This document shows positions 24,992-36,487 of a stretch of DNA of 64,000 nt, one piece after another. Every line of letters starts with the position of its first letter. The first letter of the stretch is position 1. The stretch lies in NCBI GenBank assembly GCA_022813965.1, contig JALDZS010000009.1:1-64000 (forward strand), read 5' to 3'. A program made the translations under genes and the position numbers. The notes beneath the pieces were generated by a model. The model ran no database searches. It saw only the letters and a program-made list of their open reading frames with translations, and was not told the DNA's origin. The DNA is from Toensbergia leucococca (lineage: Eukaryota).

Positions 24992-26462
24992 GTAAGAGCA
25001 GTATGATGGTCGGATGGGTACAATGTAATTGAACGGCATGTCAAAAGACCGACATACTTTTAGGTTGCTTTGGAGCTTGTGGACCTGCATATTGCTGTCA
25101 TAGGTATTAATGAGGAAATACGTACAGGCCTGACTTGACGATTCGAGGTTGTGACTGAGTTTCTGTGAGCCCGTGGTGCAGAGACGCACCATCAAATCGA
25201 GCGGGTCGATCCGAATCTCTCAACACGATCGAGACTTGATGTATCTTTCAGGTTCCAGAGCTTCTGCACGCACTGATCGATAGGCTGTGACCGAATACCC
25301 TTTGAAGGCTTGCCAGGGATGGTTTTGCTGCATTCTATTGCATGCAGGTATACCCACGTGGCCAGCATTATTTGATACTTTGGCAGTCACTCGTTCAGCA
25401 AATGGAGCACGGGGCACAGGGCACGGCATGCAAAGGATTGGAAAGATCGAAAAAAGTCTTTGTAGTAGAAATATGCAATACGAAGGAAGTTCCGTTGGGC
25501 AGGTATTTGAGATTAGCCAGAGACGAGTCCGGAGAAGTTGTGTAACATTAAGCAGCGAAATTGAGCCCGTAGAACCGGATGAAGGATCTCAGCACCTCGT
25601 CAAAGTATTAGCAAATACCTTAGTTTACATTTTTACGTAATGTCCAATCATAGGGATATTCGACAGAACGTTCTGAGTTTCTGAGTTCTTCTGCCTTCAT
25701 TCAACAGGGGTCTCTTTTCACGAATGATACTGACTGCCGCAGGCATCTTCCGACATGTCACACCGTTTGGACACTACCAAGCTGCAGGGAAGCACTTGGA
25801 CAAGAGACCTGTCGAGAATATATCGAGGCTCCGATCTGAATATAAAAGATTTCCGATGAGCAGACTTTGTCTCGATTGTAGGCGAGTTCCTAGGCCTCGT
25901 TAGTAAGGAGCTTCTGATGGATACCTTGCAGAAGGCTGTATGTAGCAAGGTAGACGAAGAAACTAAATAGAACAGTGTAAACGTGTGGTACAATTACAAG
26001 AGTACGAGGAAAGAGTTTCCGCCTGACGACACTTGGTTAGAGGAAACGATTGGATACTGCAAGCAAGGTCATAGCGGCCAAGTAGCACGTTTTCGTAGGG
26101 TTCAATTGCGATTGATGGACGAGTTTTAGCTCTCACCTGCCGACCTACTTCCTGTGGACGAGTCCATCGTGGTAGTCGAGGAGTGGGACTGATGACTTTT
26201 TACATAACAATGGCAATTAAGGTATTCTGCGAGTAGGCTTTGAGAGCATGACACAATAAGGTATAAGAGTGAGGCAATTTGCATGTGGTAGGAGTAGTTG
26301 TAGAACGAGAGAACCAATAAATACTACTCGTACTCAGTAATATAGCATTCAACTAAGCTCAAAAATTCTACATCCACTTGTTTACTCTCTGGTTGTATTC
26401 TCTGCTGTTCCTGCCTTATCTCTCTCGTGCTGCACCACTGATTGCATATCTTTGCCGACGTC

Positions 26463-27851
26463 ATGTCGCGTCGCATTGCCATGTCCAAACCCAAATCCAC
26501 ATCACCAAATTCGACTCCAAACATCTCTTTCCCCTCCTCCACCACCACCAAACCAGATGGTGACCTTCCACAAAGCGAAAAGACCCCAATAGCTCATCAG
26601 AGACGTCCGACCTTCACCATGGATATCTTTCATCTCAAGGAGAAGCGTCAAAGCTCATCTGGCGGAGGGGGACGCTCACCTTCTGCCGGTAGGTCCAGCT
26701 CCAGGAATAGTCCTCAATTGGCTCCAGCACTGCCTGCAATATTGGAGATTGACATGGAATCTCCCCCTTTGGTTTTCTACGGCTCGCCTGCACATTCCAC
26801 AGGAGCCCTTCTATCTGGCCAGCTCAATTTAACCGTCATTGACCCGGAAGTCAAGCTCGGAACCTTTCACATGGTCCTCCTCTCAAAGACTGAAACCAAA
26901 AAACCTGTCGGTAAAGACTGCCGCGAATGCAGTACCAAATCCACTGAACTCTTCACTTGGAAATTCCTGACCGAGCCAGCTAAATTTAAGAAGGGCCTTC
27001 ACCACTTTCCTTTCTCCTACCTGCTTCCGGGTCGCTTGCCCGCTTCGACTAACGGCAGTCTGGGGGCCATGGTTTATGAGCTCTCGGCAAAGGCTGTCAC
27101 AACTCTTGCAGACACCCTTGCCGTAAAACGTCCCCTTGTCGTTCGCCGTGCCTTGATGCCCGGAATGGACAAAACCTCCATACGGATTTTCCCTCCCACA
27201 AACCTGACAGCAACTATCGTGCTTCCATCTGCCGTTCACCCGATTGGCCAATTCCCCGTTCAGATGCGTCTGTCTGGTATTGTTGACCGCAGTAAAAAAG
27301 ATTTCGATTCACGTTGGCGTCTGCGGAAATTGATTTGGCGCATCGACGAACATTCAAAAATCATCTCTGCTGCATGCCCAAGACACGCACATAAGATTGG
27401 CGGCGATGGAAAAGGGATATTGCATCAAGATACAAGAAGCATTGGTGATGCTCATCTTAAAGAAGGCTGGAAGACCGACTGGGAGGCTGGTGGGGGGCAA
27501 ATCGACTTTGAATTTCAGGCCGTTTTGAATCCGTTGAGCTCACCTATCTGTGATGTCGACTCGCCCACAGGGCTCACCGTTAACCACAATTTCGTCGTCG
27601 AGTTGGTCGTTGCCGAAGAATATGCTCCGGGCAAGAAAATCAAGACTGCCACACCGACGGGCACTGCAAGAGTGCTAAGGATGCAATTCACATTGACGGT
27701 TACGGATAGGTATGGCTTGGGCATTAGCTGGGATGAGGAACAGCCACCCATGTATGAAGATGTCCCAGGGGGCAGTCCCCCGGGGTACGCGAGAATGGAT
27801 GACTACGACGGCGAGCCGCTGGCTTATGAAGACTTGGACGGTCTGGTGTGA
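26463..27851 (+). CDS. LDB19: Alpha-arrestin (Ldb19/Art1-like ubiquitin-ligase adaptor)
   Basis: ESPPLVFYG...STGALLSG, HHFPFSYLLPGRLP, RIFPPT, GISWDEEQPPMY and PPGY PY motifs. Confidence 0.85.
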   Translation: MSRRIAMSKPKSTSPNSTPNISFPSSTTTKPDGDLPQSEKTPIAHQRRPTFTMDIFHLKEKRQSSSGGGGRSPSAGRSSSRNSPQLAPALPAILEIDMESPPLVFYGSPAHSTGALLSGQLNLTVIDPEVKLGTFHMVLLSKTETKKPVGKDCRECSTKSTELFTWKFLTEPAKFKKGLHHFPFSYLLPGRLPASTNGSLGAMVYELSAKAVTTLADTLAVKRPLVVRRALMPGMDKTSIRIFPPTNLTATIVLPSAVHPIGQFPVQMRLSGIVDRSKKDFDSRWRLRKLIWRIDEHSKIISAACPRHAHKIGGDGKGILHQDTRSIGDAHLKEGWKTDWEAGGGQIDFEFQAVLNPLSSPICDVDSPTGLTVNHNFVVELVVAEEYAPGKKIKTATPTGTARVLRMQFTLTVTDRYGLGISWDEEQPPMYEDVPGGSPPGYARMDDYDGEPLAYEDLDGLV

Positions 27852-28908
27852 GCAACAAAGTCGAGGAATTGAGAACAGATCTTGCTTCACGGACTTCTCA
27901 TTCGAAAATTCGACTCGAAGTATGTTACGAACTCCCAGACATCGATACTAACCTCTTCACTGTATTATGGCTCGCAACCCTTGCATCCTAAGTGGTGGAA
28001 TTCAGTCTCATGATGCAGACGATCATCGTCTCATCTACATTTCTTAGCAAGGATTCAAGCGTGGCAAATAGCTCGTGTAAGTCTGCACCCTTTCCTTGAC
28101 TTTGCTCAACTCATCTGTTTTAATCTTCATTAGCTTTCTTGCTCTCCACGAACGACAACACTTACGCCAGTATATACACCCAACCTGAAAAACTCACTGC
28201 TCCTACCTACCCGCACCAATACCTCAACAACATACTCCTGCTTCCGACAAAACACAACATCCCCACACCTATTCAAAAACGACAGTATCATTATAACAAT
28301 GCTTCATCAATCCATTAACCAAGACACAAGTGAAGTAAAGAATTACCAGAATAGTGATAGCGATAGAAAAATATCAAGATAAACCACAGCATCCATTCCA
28401 TTCCATGACACATGTAGATTTTTATTCTAAGTTCATTGCCCAAAGATCTAAAACAGCCCGACCCCTGAATTACAACATTCTACTAACAATCCTGTCTTCT
28501 CTGTGAATATTCACATGTTTCCATCTATCCCTGCTTGATAATAGAGTTTCTTTACCGTGGATGGATAAAGACTGCCGTGGTGAGGAAAAGGAGCGTTAAT
28601 CGTTGAAGATGGGGAGACATATCGGGGGTATTAGCTTTAGGAGTACACAATAGAAATTCCAGGGACCTAACCCGGTTTCGGTAAATGGGTCCCACCCCCG
28701 CATTTGCGATAAATAATGGGGCGGGGCCTGCTTATCAGCGGAGAACACGCCGACTTCCTGACTGACAGCCACAACTTCAAAAAGACAACCACGACCTTTT
28801 ACAGCTTTCAAGGACACAACACGTTCATACCGTCTCTCTAGGCGAGGGCCGATATGTACAACTTCTATACGCGTTAAAGCACCTCACCACCCTACCCAAT
28901 TCCAAACA

Positions 28909-30004
28909 ATGTCCCCGTCCGCCACAACACCACCCCCACCTTCTCCTTCCGCCCTCTCTATTCCCGTAAGTCATTCCACTAAATCCCAGTTCTATCCCGC
29001 TAACCGCCTACAAACAGCTCATCTCCCTCGCTCCCCTTCTCACCCCCACATCCCTCTCCCGACTCCCCACCGCCCAAGCCCTCCTCTCCGCCTTCCGCAC
29101 TTCCGGCTTCCTCTACCTAACAGATCACTCCATTCCACCCTCCCTTCTCGCCTCCGTTTTCTCACACTCCGCCCATTTCTTCGCCCGCCCCCAATCACAA
29201 AAAGATGCTCTAGCCTGGACGACCCCGGAGTCCAATCGAGGCTACTCCGGCATGGGCATGGAGAAGGTAAGTCAGGGCTCCGCGGAAGAAGTCGCCTCAG
29301 CGCGTGAGACAGACGGTTGTGATCTCAAGGAAAGTTTCGAGATCGGGCGGGATGGGGAAGTTGGCTATCCCAATCAATGGCCGGAGGGGCAGGACGCCTC
29401 GGACGAAGGATTCAGAACCACCATGCGCGATTTTTTTCAGCAGTGCAAACGCCTTCACCAAATCATTATGAGCGCCCTCGCCCTTGCCCTAAATCTCCCT
29501 GACACCTTCTTCGACCCCTTCGTCGCTAAGGGCGACAACACGCTGCGTCTCCTCCATTACCCTCCCGCGCCCAAGGCGCATTTCGCCACTGGCAAGCTCC
29601 GTGCTGGCCTGCACAGTGACTATGGGAGCATTACGCTGTTGTTCCAGGACGAGCGGGGCGGGCTACAGGTGCAGGCTCCCGAGGGGAAGGGTTTTGTGGA
29701 TGTGAAGCCTGTTGCAGGAACGATTGTGGTGAATGCGGGGGATTTGTTGGCGAGGTGGAGTAACGATATGGTGCGGAGTACGTTGCATCGGGTTGTGGAA
29801 CCTGGTGCTGGGATTGGGGGGGATGATGGGGAGGAGGGTGAATGCTATCCGGCGAGGTATTCGGTGGCGTATTTTTGCAATCCGGATTTCGAGGCGTGGA
29901 TTGAGGCGTTGCCGGGGACTTTTGGGGGGCACTTGGGTGAGAGGAGATATGAGAGGGTCCGGAGTGGGGAGTATTTGGTCAAGAGGTTGAGCGCTACTTA
30001 TTAG
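28909..30004 (+). CDS. T7H: Thymine 7-hydroxylase (thymine dioxygenase, 2OG-Fe(II) oxygenase), 2 exons, intron 28966-29017
   Basis: HxD (HSDYGSITLLFQD), distal H (STLHRVVEP), RYSVAYF; WTTPESNRGY, DLKESFEIGR and the terminal YLVKRLSATY match Neurospora T7H as I recall it. Confidence 0.82.
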
Positions 30005-30565
30005 TATTTTTCAGGGGGTGGGAGTTGCTGGAGAGGGGCCGACGCTTTTTTTGAATGCGGTTTGGCGTTTCATTGTTTGCATATTCTATTTCGGGAACAT
30101 ATATTGAGCAGTTTTTTCGATGCCCCTTATATCAACCGCCTCAAGCTCCCCTGTTACTCCGCTTCTGTAATTTTTCTTAGCATATTTTCTCTTTACTAAT
30201 TCTGTTCCAACACTCCGATGCGGATCCCACCAATACCTGCATTCACCACCCAATCCAGATACGTTTGTCAACAAGAAGACGACACTCCACTATTTTCAAA
30301 CTCAATCACATCATCAAAGCTCTACTCTTTCAGCCGCCACTGTCCCCCATTACCCACCCTCTTGAGGAAAAAAACCAGGAAAACAATCATGCTTTGTGCA
30401 TGCATAGCGAAAAAGACCATGGAAAGATGAGATATACTTACATAAAACTATCCACTTCCGTCACAGAGAACAAATATACACCAAGCCAGACAAGATATAA
30501 AGTAAACTACACCACCCAACCCAAAACGCCGCCCAGGGAGAAACGCCGAATCCCACCCCCAATCC

Positions 30566-31614
30566 TTAAACTCTCCTCAGCTCATTAACAACCATATACC
30601 TCCCCAGCCCGACCCACCCCCACCGAAACCATCTCATCTGACTCCAATGCCCCTTCACCATCGCCTTCGCCCCCCGCAACCAATCCGCCCCTCCAGAAAC
30701 AAACACTAGCCTCTCACCATCCCTCTTCCGCGCAGCACCTCTTCGCTTGGCCGTCAAAGCTGCGAAGGTGCAGAGAAGAAGGGTTGGGACGATATCAAGG
30801 AAGGAGAGATATTTGCGGACAAGGGGAAGTGTGGTAAGGGTGTAGAGTTCCAAAAGTGGGGTTATGGAGGAAGAAGAGGTAGAGGTGGAGGCGAGGTGGT
30901 GCAGGAAAAGGAGGGCGCCGGCATGGAGGGCAGTGTGGTTCTTGTGACCGGAGATACCGTCTCGGTCAAAAGTGAGGAGTATATCAATTGTGGGCTCCTT
31001 CCGCCCTCCTCCACCGCTAATACTGCTTTTACTTTTTTTTATAGGGCCGGCGGCCGAGGCGGGAACGAAGGCCGATGCCAGCACTTCTGCAATTGCATCT
31101 GCGGACCATGTCTCGCTCATGCCGTCGGGAAAGGAGGGTGAGTCGAGGATCAGGACGTCCTTTTCCGGCGCGCGGATTCCAAGGTGGGCGGCTGAGAGGA
31201 GGAGCTCTTTTTTGCGGGTCGTGCCCAGACCGTCTGCATTTCCTACAGGTACCAAGGGGGGGCTGATCAGCCGGTTGCGATTTGTTGATTCAGAGATAGG
31301 GGGGAGTTTGTGATTGGCTTCTCGCTTCCTAAGGTTCTTTCTCTCTCCTCTTCTTTTTATGGGGGCGGGGAAGGCTGGAACGAACCGGTGCTCAGACATA
31401 GAATCTTGACGTGGTTCCCAGCGGCAGGGTCGGTGAGTGCGAGGAGTGCTGGGGCGAAGAACATGGCTTCGTCGTCTGGGTGGGCGGTGAGGAGGCAGAT
31501 ACGCTTATTTGTGGGGAGGGGGAAGCGGGCACGGGTTAGGTGGGCGGTGGAGAGGTAGGCTGTTGTTAGAAGGATGGGGAGGGAGAGGAGAGAGAGGATG
31601 ACAGGTGTCGCCAT
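30566..31614 (-). CDS. GPI12: N-acetylglucosaminyl-PI de-N-acetylase (PIG-L/Gpi12), intron 31243-31385
   Basis: N-terminal TM, AHPDDEAMFFAP, CLSTGNADGLG, TFDRDGISGHKNH, HWSQMRWFR. Confidence 0.92.
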
Positions 31615-31877
31615 TCCGTTTTCTAGGCGGTCCGGTAGGTCTAAGAGAGTGGAGTAGCTGATGGGTGATGTGTCTGCATGAATTTCCGAGAAAGTGGAAT
31701 TGAGGGGGGGGTACGGCTCAGGTGGTGATTGGGAAATGCGTAGGGCTGAGAGATTTCCCCCTGTCCTATCCGTACGGATACAAAGTTGATACTTCCTCTA
31801 ATACACAAAATGAATCTCCCTCTAATACACAAAATGAATCTTCCTCCAGAAATGTGATGATCTGCAAACAGCCCTCA

Positions 31878-32516
31878 ATGTCCGCGCCTCGTAACCGCAA
31901 AGAACGCCGCGCCCAATCCAAAGCCCAACAACAACCCACCGATATCAATTTTCCCCTCGCCCAACCCCCCCGCCAAATACCCACCCACAAAACCCTCTAC
32001 GAAATCGCCTCCTCGCATCACCCAACCGCCTTCCCTGCCGACCAAAGACCATCAAGTTCTTCAACGACTCCCTCTCCAGACACTACCACCATTTCGCCCC
32101 CAGAAACCATCCTCTCCACCCTCGCAGATTCCCTCCTCCAAACCCTCCCACTCACCGCTCTACACTTCACCCTCGACGTCCTAGTCCACTCCCAATACGC
32201 CCAGCAAATCGCCTGGCGCACCATCACCACCCGCGCCCTTGCCACCTTCCCCGCCCTTCTCCTCCTAGTCTACATCCTGCACCCCCGCGCCCAGTATGCC
32301 CTCACCCAGGCATTCTTCGCTACCGTGTCCATCGCCGCGGGCTGCTGGTTGGTGCACAGTAGCAACCGGGAGGCCTACTTTGCGGTGATGAAGCGGGCGC
32401 CGCCATTGGGAACGTTGTGGGTTTGGAGTGTTGTTGAGATGAGGGTTGGAGTTGGAGTCGCATGCTTGGGACTTGTAGGGATTTTCTTTTGGTGGGGTGA
32501 GTATACAATTTTTTAA
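31878..32516 (+). CDS. Conserved fungal membrane protein of unknown function
   Basis: MSAPRNRKERR start, LHFTLDVLVHSQY, AVMKRAPPLGTLWVWSV; about four TM segments. Confidence 0.8.
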   Translation: MSAPRNRKERRAQSKAQQQPTDINFPLAQPPRQIPTHKTLYEIASSHHPTAFPADQRPSSSSTTPSPDTTTISPPETILSTLADSLLQTLPLTALHFTLDVLVHSQYAQQIAWRTITTRALATFPALLLLVYILHPRAQYALTQAFFATVSIAAGCWLVHSSNREAYFAVMKRAPPLGTLWVWSVVEMRVGVGVACLGLVGIFFWWGEYTIF

Positions 32517-33417
32517 ATTGGGAGTTGCGGTGGGAACGAGGTATGGGAGGTCTTAGAGCGTTATTGTGTGTATTCAGGAGGTTGACATGTGTTACGTACC
32601 ATGTCATAAAGACGGGGAGGCCCGTGAATAGTTGTAAGACTCGGAAGCATCGGAAGACTTACTGAAAATTCCCACTTTATGAACTTGATGTCTTTGGATC
32701 TCTTCAAACCTGACAAGCTCACGAACTAGGGGTAGGTAATGAGAGTATCTGAGTCGTCCCAGTCAGCCCCGTCATCATTCACCTTACCTTTTCGAATCAA
32801 ACAAATTAATTCTTCTTGCCGCAAACCTCGCTGCTACCTGGTATATGAGAAGAGGTCTGTGACTGTGGTCTTCCAATTGCAGATGCCATGTTCAGGGCAA
32901 AAAGGAATGACACTGAGTGCTGGATTTTGGAAATTCGTGAGAATTCACTTAGTGGTTGAGCCACCAAAGAAGATGGGGTGGAAGTGCCACTAACATGGGT
33001 TGTATTGCCAGATAGCTGCCGAATCTTTTTTTGAGGCTCCGAGTCTCTCTATTCCGGAAAGCGATTTCCACTTCTCGCATCCTAATCAAGATGTAGTGAT
33101 TCGTGCCCGTTCTTTTACTGAGATATAGATATGATGCCTTAGAAAGGAGTCCTAGATATCGAAGTAATGGAATTTGAGAGAGCAGATCCAGTGAACGGCA
33201 ACTGATACCAAGAGGGAGATATGAAAACCCGGTATGAAATAAAGTAGCTGCCACTCACGGAGAAGGTTGTAGTCCCTAGTATAGACAAAGCGCCTTAAAA
33301 AGGACTTGCATTTGACATGGTGGGGATTCCATGACAAGGAGGATAACAACTCTCGAAAGGTAAATTAGCTGGGATAGAAACTGAAAGACCATTAGGATGA
33401 CTTGGAATAAACGAGTA

Positions 33418-33488
33418 GCGTTTGTGGTTTAGTGGTAAAATCCGTCGTTGCCATCGACGGGCCCCGGGTTCGATTCCCGGCGAACGCA
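33418..33488 (+). tRNA. tRNA-Gly (GCC)
   Basis: Full cloverleaf: GCGTTTG/CGAACGC acceptor stem, CGTCG-TTGCCAT-CGACG anticodon arm, CCGGG-TTCGATT-CCCGG T arm; T run downstream. Confidence 0.97.
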
Positions 33489-34073
33489 AAATTGTATTTT
33501 TGGCATATTAAACAGAAAACCTAACTAGAGGTTCTGGACAGAAGACCTCTGGGTTGTAGATAGATTTTTTGCGCCGACGAGGTATGGTCAATGGATGATC
33601 AGTCCATCATTAGCTAATCTGATGGATTCTGAATGCAATTCAATGATGGGAATTTGGGGACCTATATTCTATGTCGAGAAGATAGCAATTGCCAGTTCAG
33701 AAATGAGAACAGCTGCTGGTTTTGAGCCCATCAGAGACTGACTGGACTGTTGTTGGTGCTCCGTAGTTGCAGACTGTGTATTTGCCTCAGCTAGAGCATC
33801 GTCTTGCATGAAGTTCGAAATTCGACAAGGAGCATGCAGTGGATATCTCGCCAGCTGCTCCTCAGCCCCACTGTGGATTCTTGTCCGAATGTTCAAGGTC
33901 TAAGTCACGTAAATAGTAATGCACGGTAACTGGGCGAACGGGTGGGCTGGAAAGGAGTGGAGTAAGTGTCAAAGGCACCCGGCCTTGATACATAACTGAA
34001 CAAGGAGCTGATGAGTATCGAGGGGTTGTGGTGTGGGTTCTGACTTTGTATCTCTCAATCAAGTGTGTGCTGA

Positions 34074-34164
34074 CAATTTCGTAGTTAGTGGTACAACGCT
34101 TCTTTAGCACGAACATCTCTCTTGTGAAATAGAAGAGGTCCAGGGTTGATCCCCTGCTACTCCA
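34074..34164 (+). pseudogene. Degenerate intron-containing tRNA-Ala(AGC) pseudogene
   Basis: D-loop-like TAGTGGTA, anticodon stem CTTCT/AGAAG around TTAGCA plus an intron of about 20 nt, AGGTC, T arm lacking one base (TTGATCC), unpaired 5' acceptor strand, oligo-T terminator. Confidence 0.7.
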
Positions 34165-36487
34165 GATCCCGAATTTCTTTTTGCTTTTTTCAAATTGCTT
34201 TCTTTCACAAGCTTGAAACTTTCTCTTGGGTGTCTAACCACTAAGTTCAACTTCAGAGGGGGGCACGCAATGAGTTTTGAATGTGAGCGGTCATATCATG
34301 CATGTTGAGAAGTCAACCATATCAATTATCCGTTCCTCTTTCACGCTCAGCTTTTGCCTCCGGAATCGGGTTTTCTCCCTTCACACCGGTAGCCCAGTTG
34401 CAAGACTCGTGTGATGGAACGCGGCCTGACACGACAAAAGTCATCAGCGAGCCAGTTCATAACATTTAGAAGATGAAAGTTGCCAAGGCCTCATCAGCCC
34501 ATCTAGATACTTCCTTGCTTCAATGCTTGGGTAGGGCTGGGTCGACATGATCATCTTAAATCCAACAGACAGCAATATTTGAAAGCATTTCCTGAAGAAA
34601 ACTGAGGATAATTAGAAGGCTGGTATGGTGATGTTAGAAGAAATATGACTTATACTTGAGTAGCGTTCTTCTTGCAAAGGCAATTAATGCTAAAAACCGC
34701 CGAACAAGAAAATTTTAGTAGACGTGCTTGTTATACTCAACGCGTTTTGCTCGTATCAGCATATTTTCTTCACGAGGACATTATCGGAAAAGTCGTAGAG
34801 TGCCAAAGGTAGCGTATCCTTTGATTTAAGTATCAGCTATACTTGTGAGTTGTGATGGTCGTAATTCAGTTGTTCGTAATTCAGTTGTCACCACCAAAGG
34901 GTATCGTTGGAATACCACACCGCTGCTACCATTGATTGACCCGACGACGACGCAGTTGTTCAATCTGCAATCACACAACAAATAGGTAGGTAATACAAAG
35001 GGCTACCGAGCTAATATGCTGCGAAAGGCATGCACGGCCACAAGCAGGAGGGGTTGAAGGATCGAGGACGTACGGAGTCGAGGGAGTAGAAGTGCTCAAG
35101 CTCGCCTAGTTGATTATGTAAAACATTGCTAGGGTTAGCATATTGCCGTTGCTGCTTCGCCTTTTTCTGACTCTGTTCTTTATGGCTTAACCCCGTTTGC
35201 TTGTAAAGCCCCTGACATACTAATAACCATGCCCAAATCAGCGCGTCTTCTTCTTCAATCAACTCATTCTACTCGCAAGAATAAAGAATCAACACCACAT
35301 GAAATTCCATCCACTTTGCCCCATTTCCTCACCCCACCCCCTGCCTGCTCCTTTCTCGTATCCTTCGGTCTCCTCACTTCCTTCTCATCTGTTTCGCCCA
35401 TATCCTTCATTCCAGGAGTCGTAGGTGGCCAAAGCATATATCTCAACGTAAACACTGCGTACTTTATTCGCTGTAGTAGCCGAATGATTGCATTGGGCCT
35501 CGCTACCGTTTCTGTTGATATACACCCCGGAGCAGAAGATGAATGGCGCTAATGTAAAGACGGTATGAATATTGCGAATCTGCATATCCGGACTTAGCAT
35601 GCCGTGAAGAAGCGGCTAGCGTCGATGACGGGACCGCTCGTTGGCCGAGGAGAGGATAGAGTTGGCAAACTGAATATCGAAAATGGCATTGAGAAATAAG
35701 GAAAGGAGAGATTTGGAGGCAAGGACTATTCCCGCGTAGTGAAAGCGGCGAGCATTGCTTTGAATCAAAGTCAAAAAAAGGCATCATGAACGGGGAAGGG
35801 GGGATGCCCTCTTTGGTAGGAAATATCTAAAGGCGCTGTCGATGAGTAGTACTAATGCCCATCACCGATCACCTGCTTAAGATAATGACTTCCCTCCTGG
35901 CAAAATCCCATAAATGTAGTAGCACACTCCGGCCTTGAACAACTTTTCGTAATAATCAAAGTTGATTGACATATCCATCTATCTGGTAGTTCATGGCCAC
36001 CCAAACACTTTTACTCGACGGGCGCATGCCACTCAAACGTCATACTCTGGGAGTCAGATGAATAGATCTCACCTTGCGAATCGAAGGGACGAATGTGTGC
36101 TCTCCTGTCAATTGGATCTCAACACAAAGCATTAGGTAAGCCCTGTAGACTCCCTCAGCTCATCAAAAGGAGTCAGGAGGTCCAGATTTGCCCAGCGCAT
36201 CCTCTTTTAAGTCGGATGAGATAGGAGACAGTGATAAATGGTAGATCCAGTAGAGAGGAAAGATGCCCTTGGATAGGTTATATGATTCTGTACTCTGATA
36301 TTGAGCATAGGGCGTAAGGCGTAGGGCGTAGTGTTCCCTTGTCAATTCTCATTCACGGCCGATAACAATCAATCTCAACTTCGTGACTTTTCATCCGGTC
36401 CACATTAGTTACGCTTTTCTAGATTTTGAAGCATCTGTTTCAGACACCCACAGAGACATGGTAGAGAGGACTTGACCATCGTACACT

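Noticed and set aside
25000..26400. Short ORFs and scattered splice-like signals on both strands
   Set aside because: Could not be assembled into a stop-free model; at most an unidentifiable relic.
28520..28745. GATA and CGG motifs upstream of T7H as AreA or Zn2Cys6 sites
   Set aside because: Short motifs expected by chance; cannot be supported without conservation data.
32560..33400. ORF 32949-33254 (minus) as a gene or pseudogene
   Set aside because: GTG start, no recognisable family, no supporting exon structure.
33590..33635. Hairpin with C/D-box-like words as a snoRNA
   Set aside because: Box C imperfect and no rRNA-complementary guide recognised.
35129..35139. CTAACCCTA as a telomerase RNA template
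   Set aside because: Better explained as an intron branch site plus acceptor; no pseudoknot or CR4/5 element could be recognised by eye.
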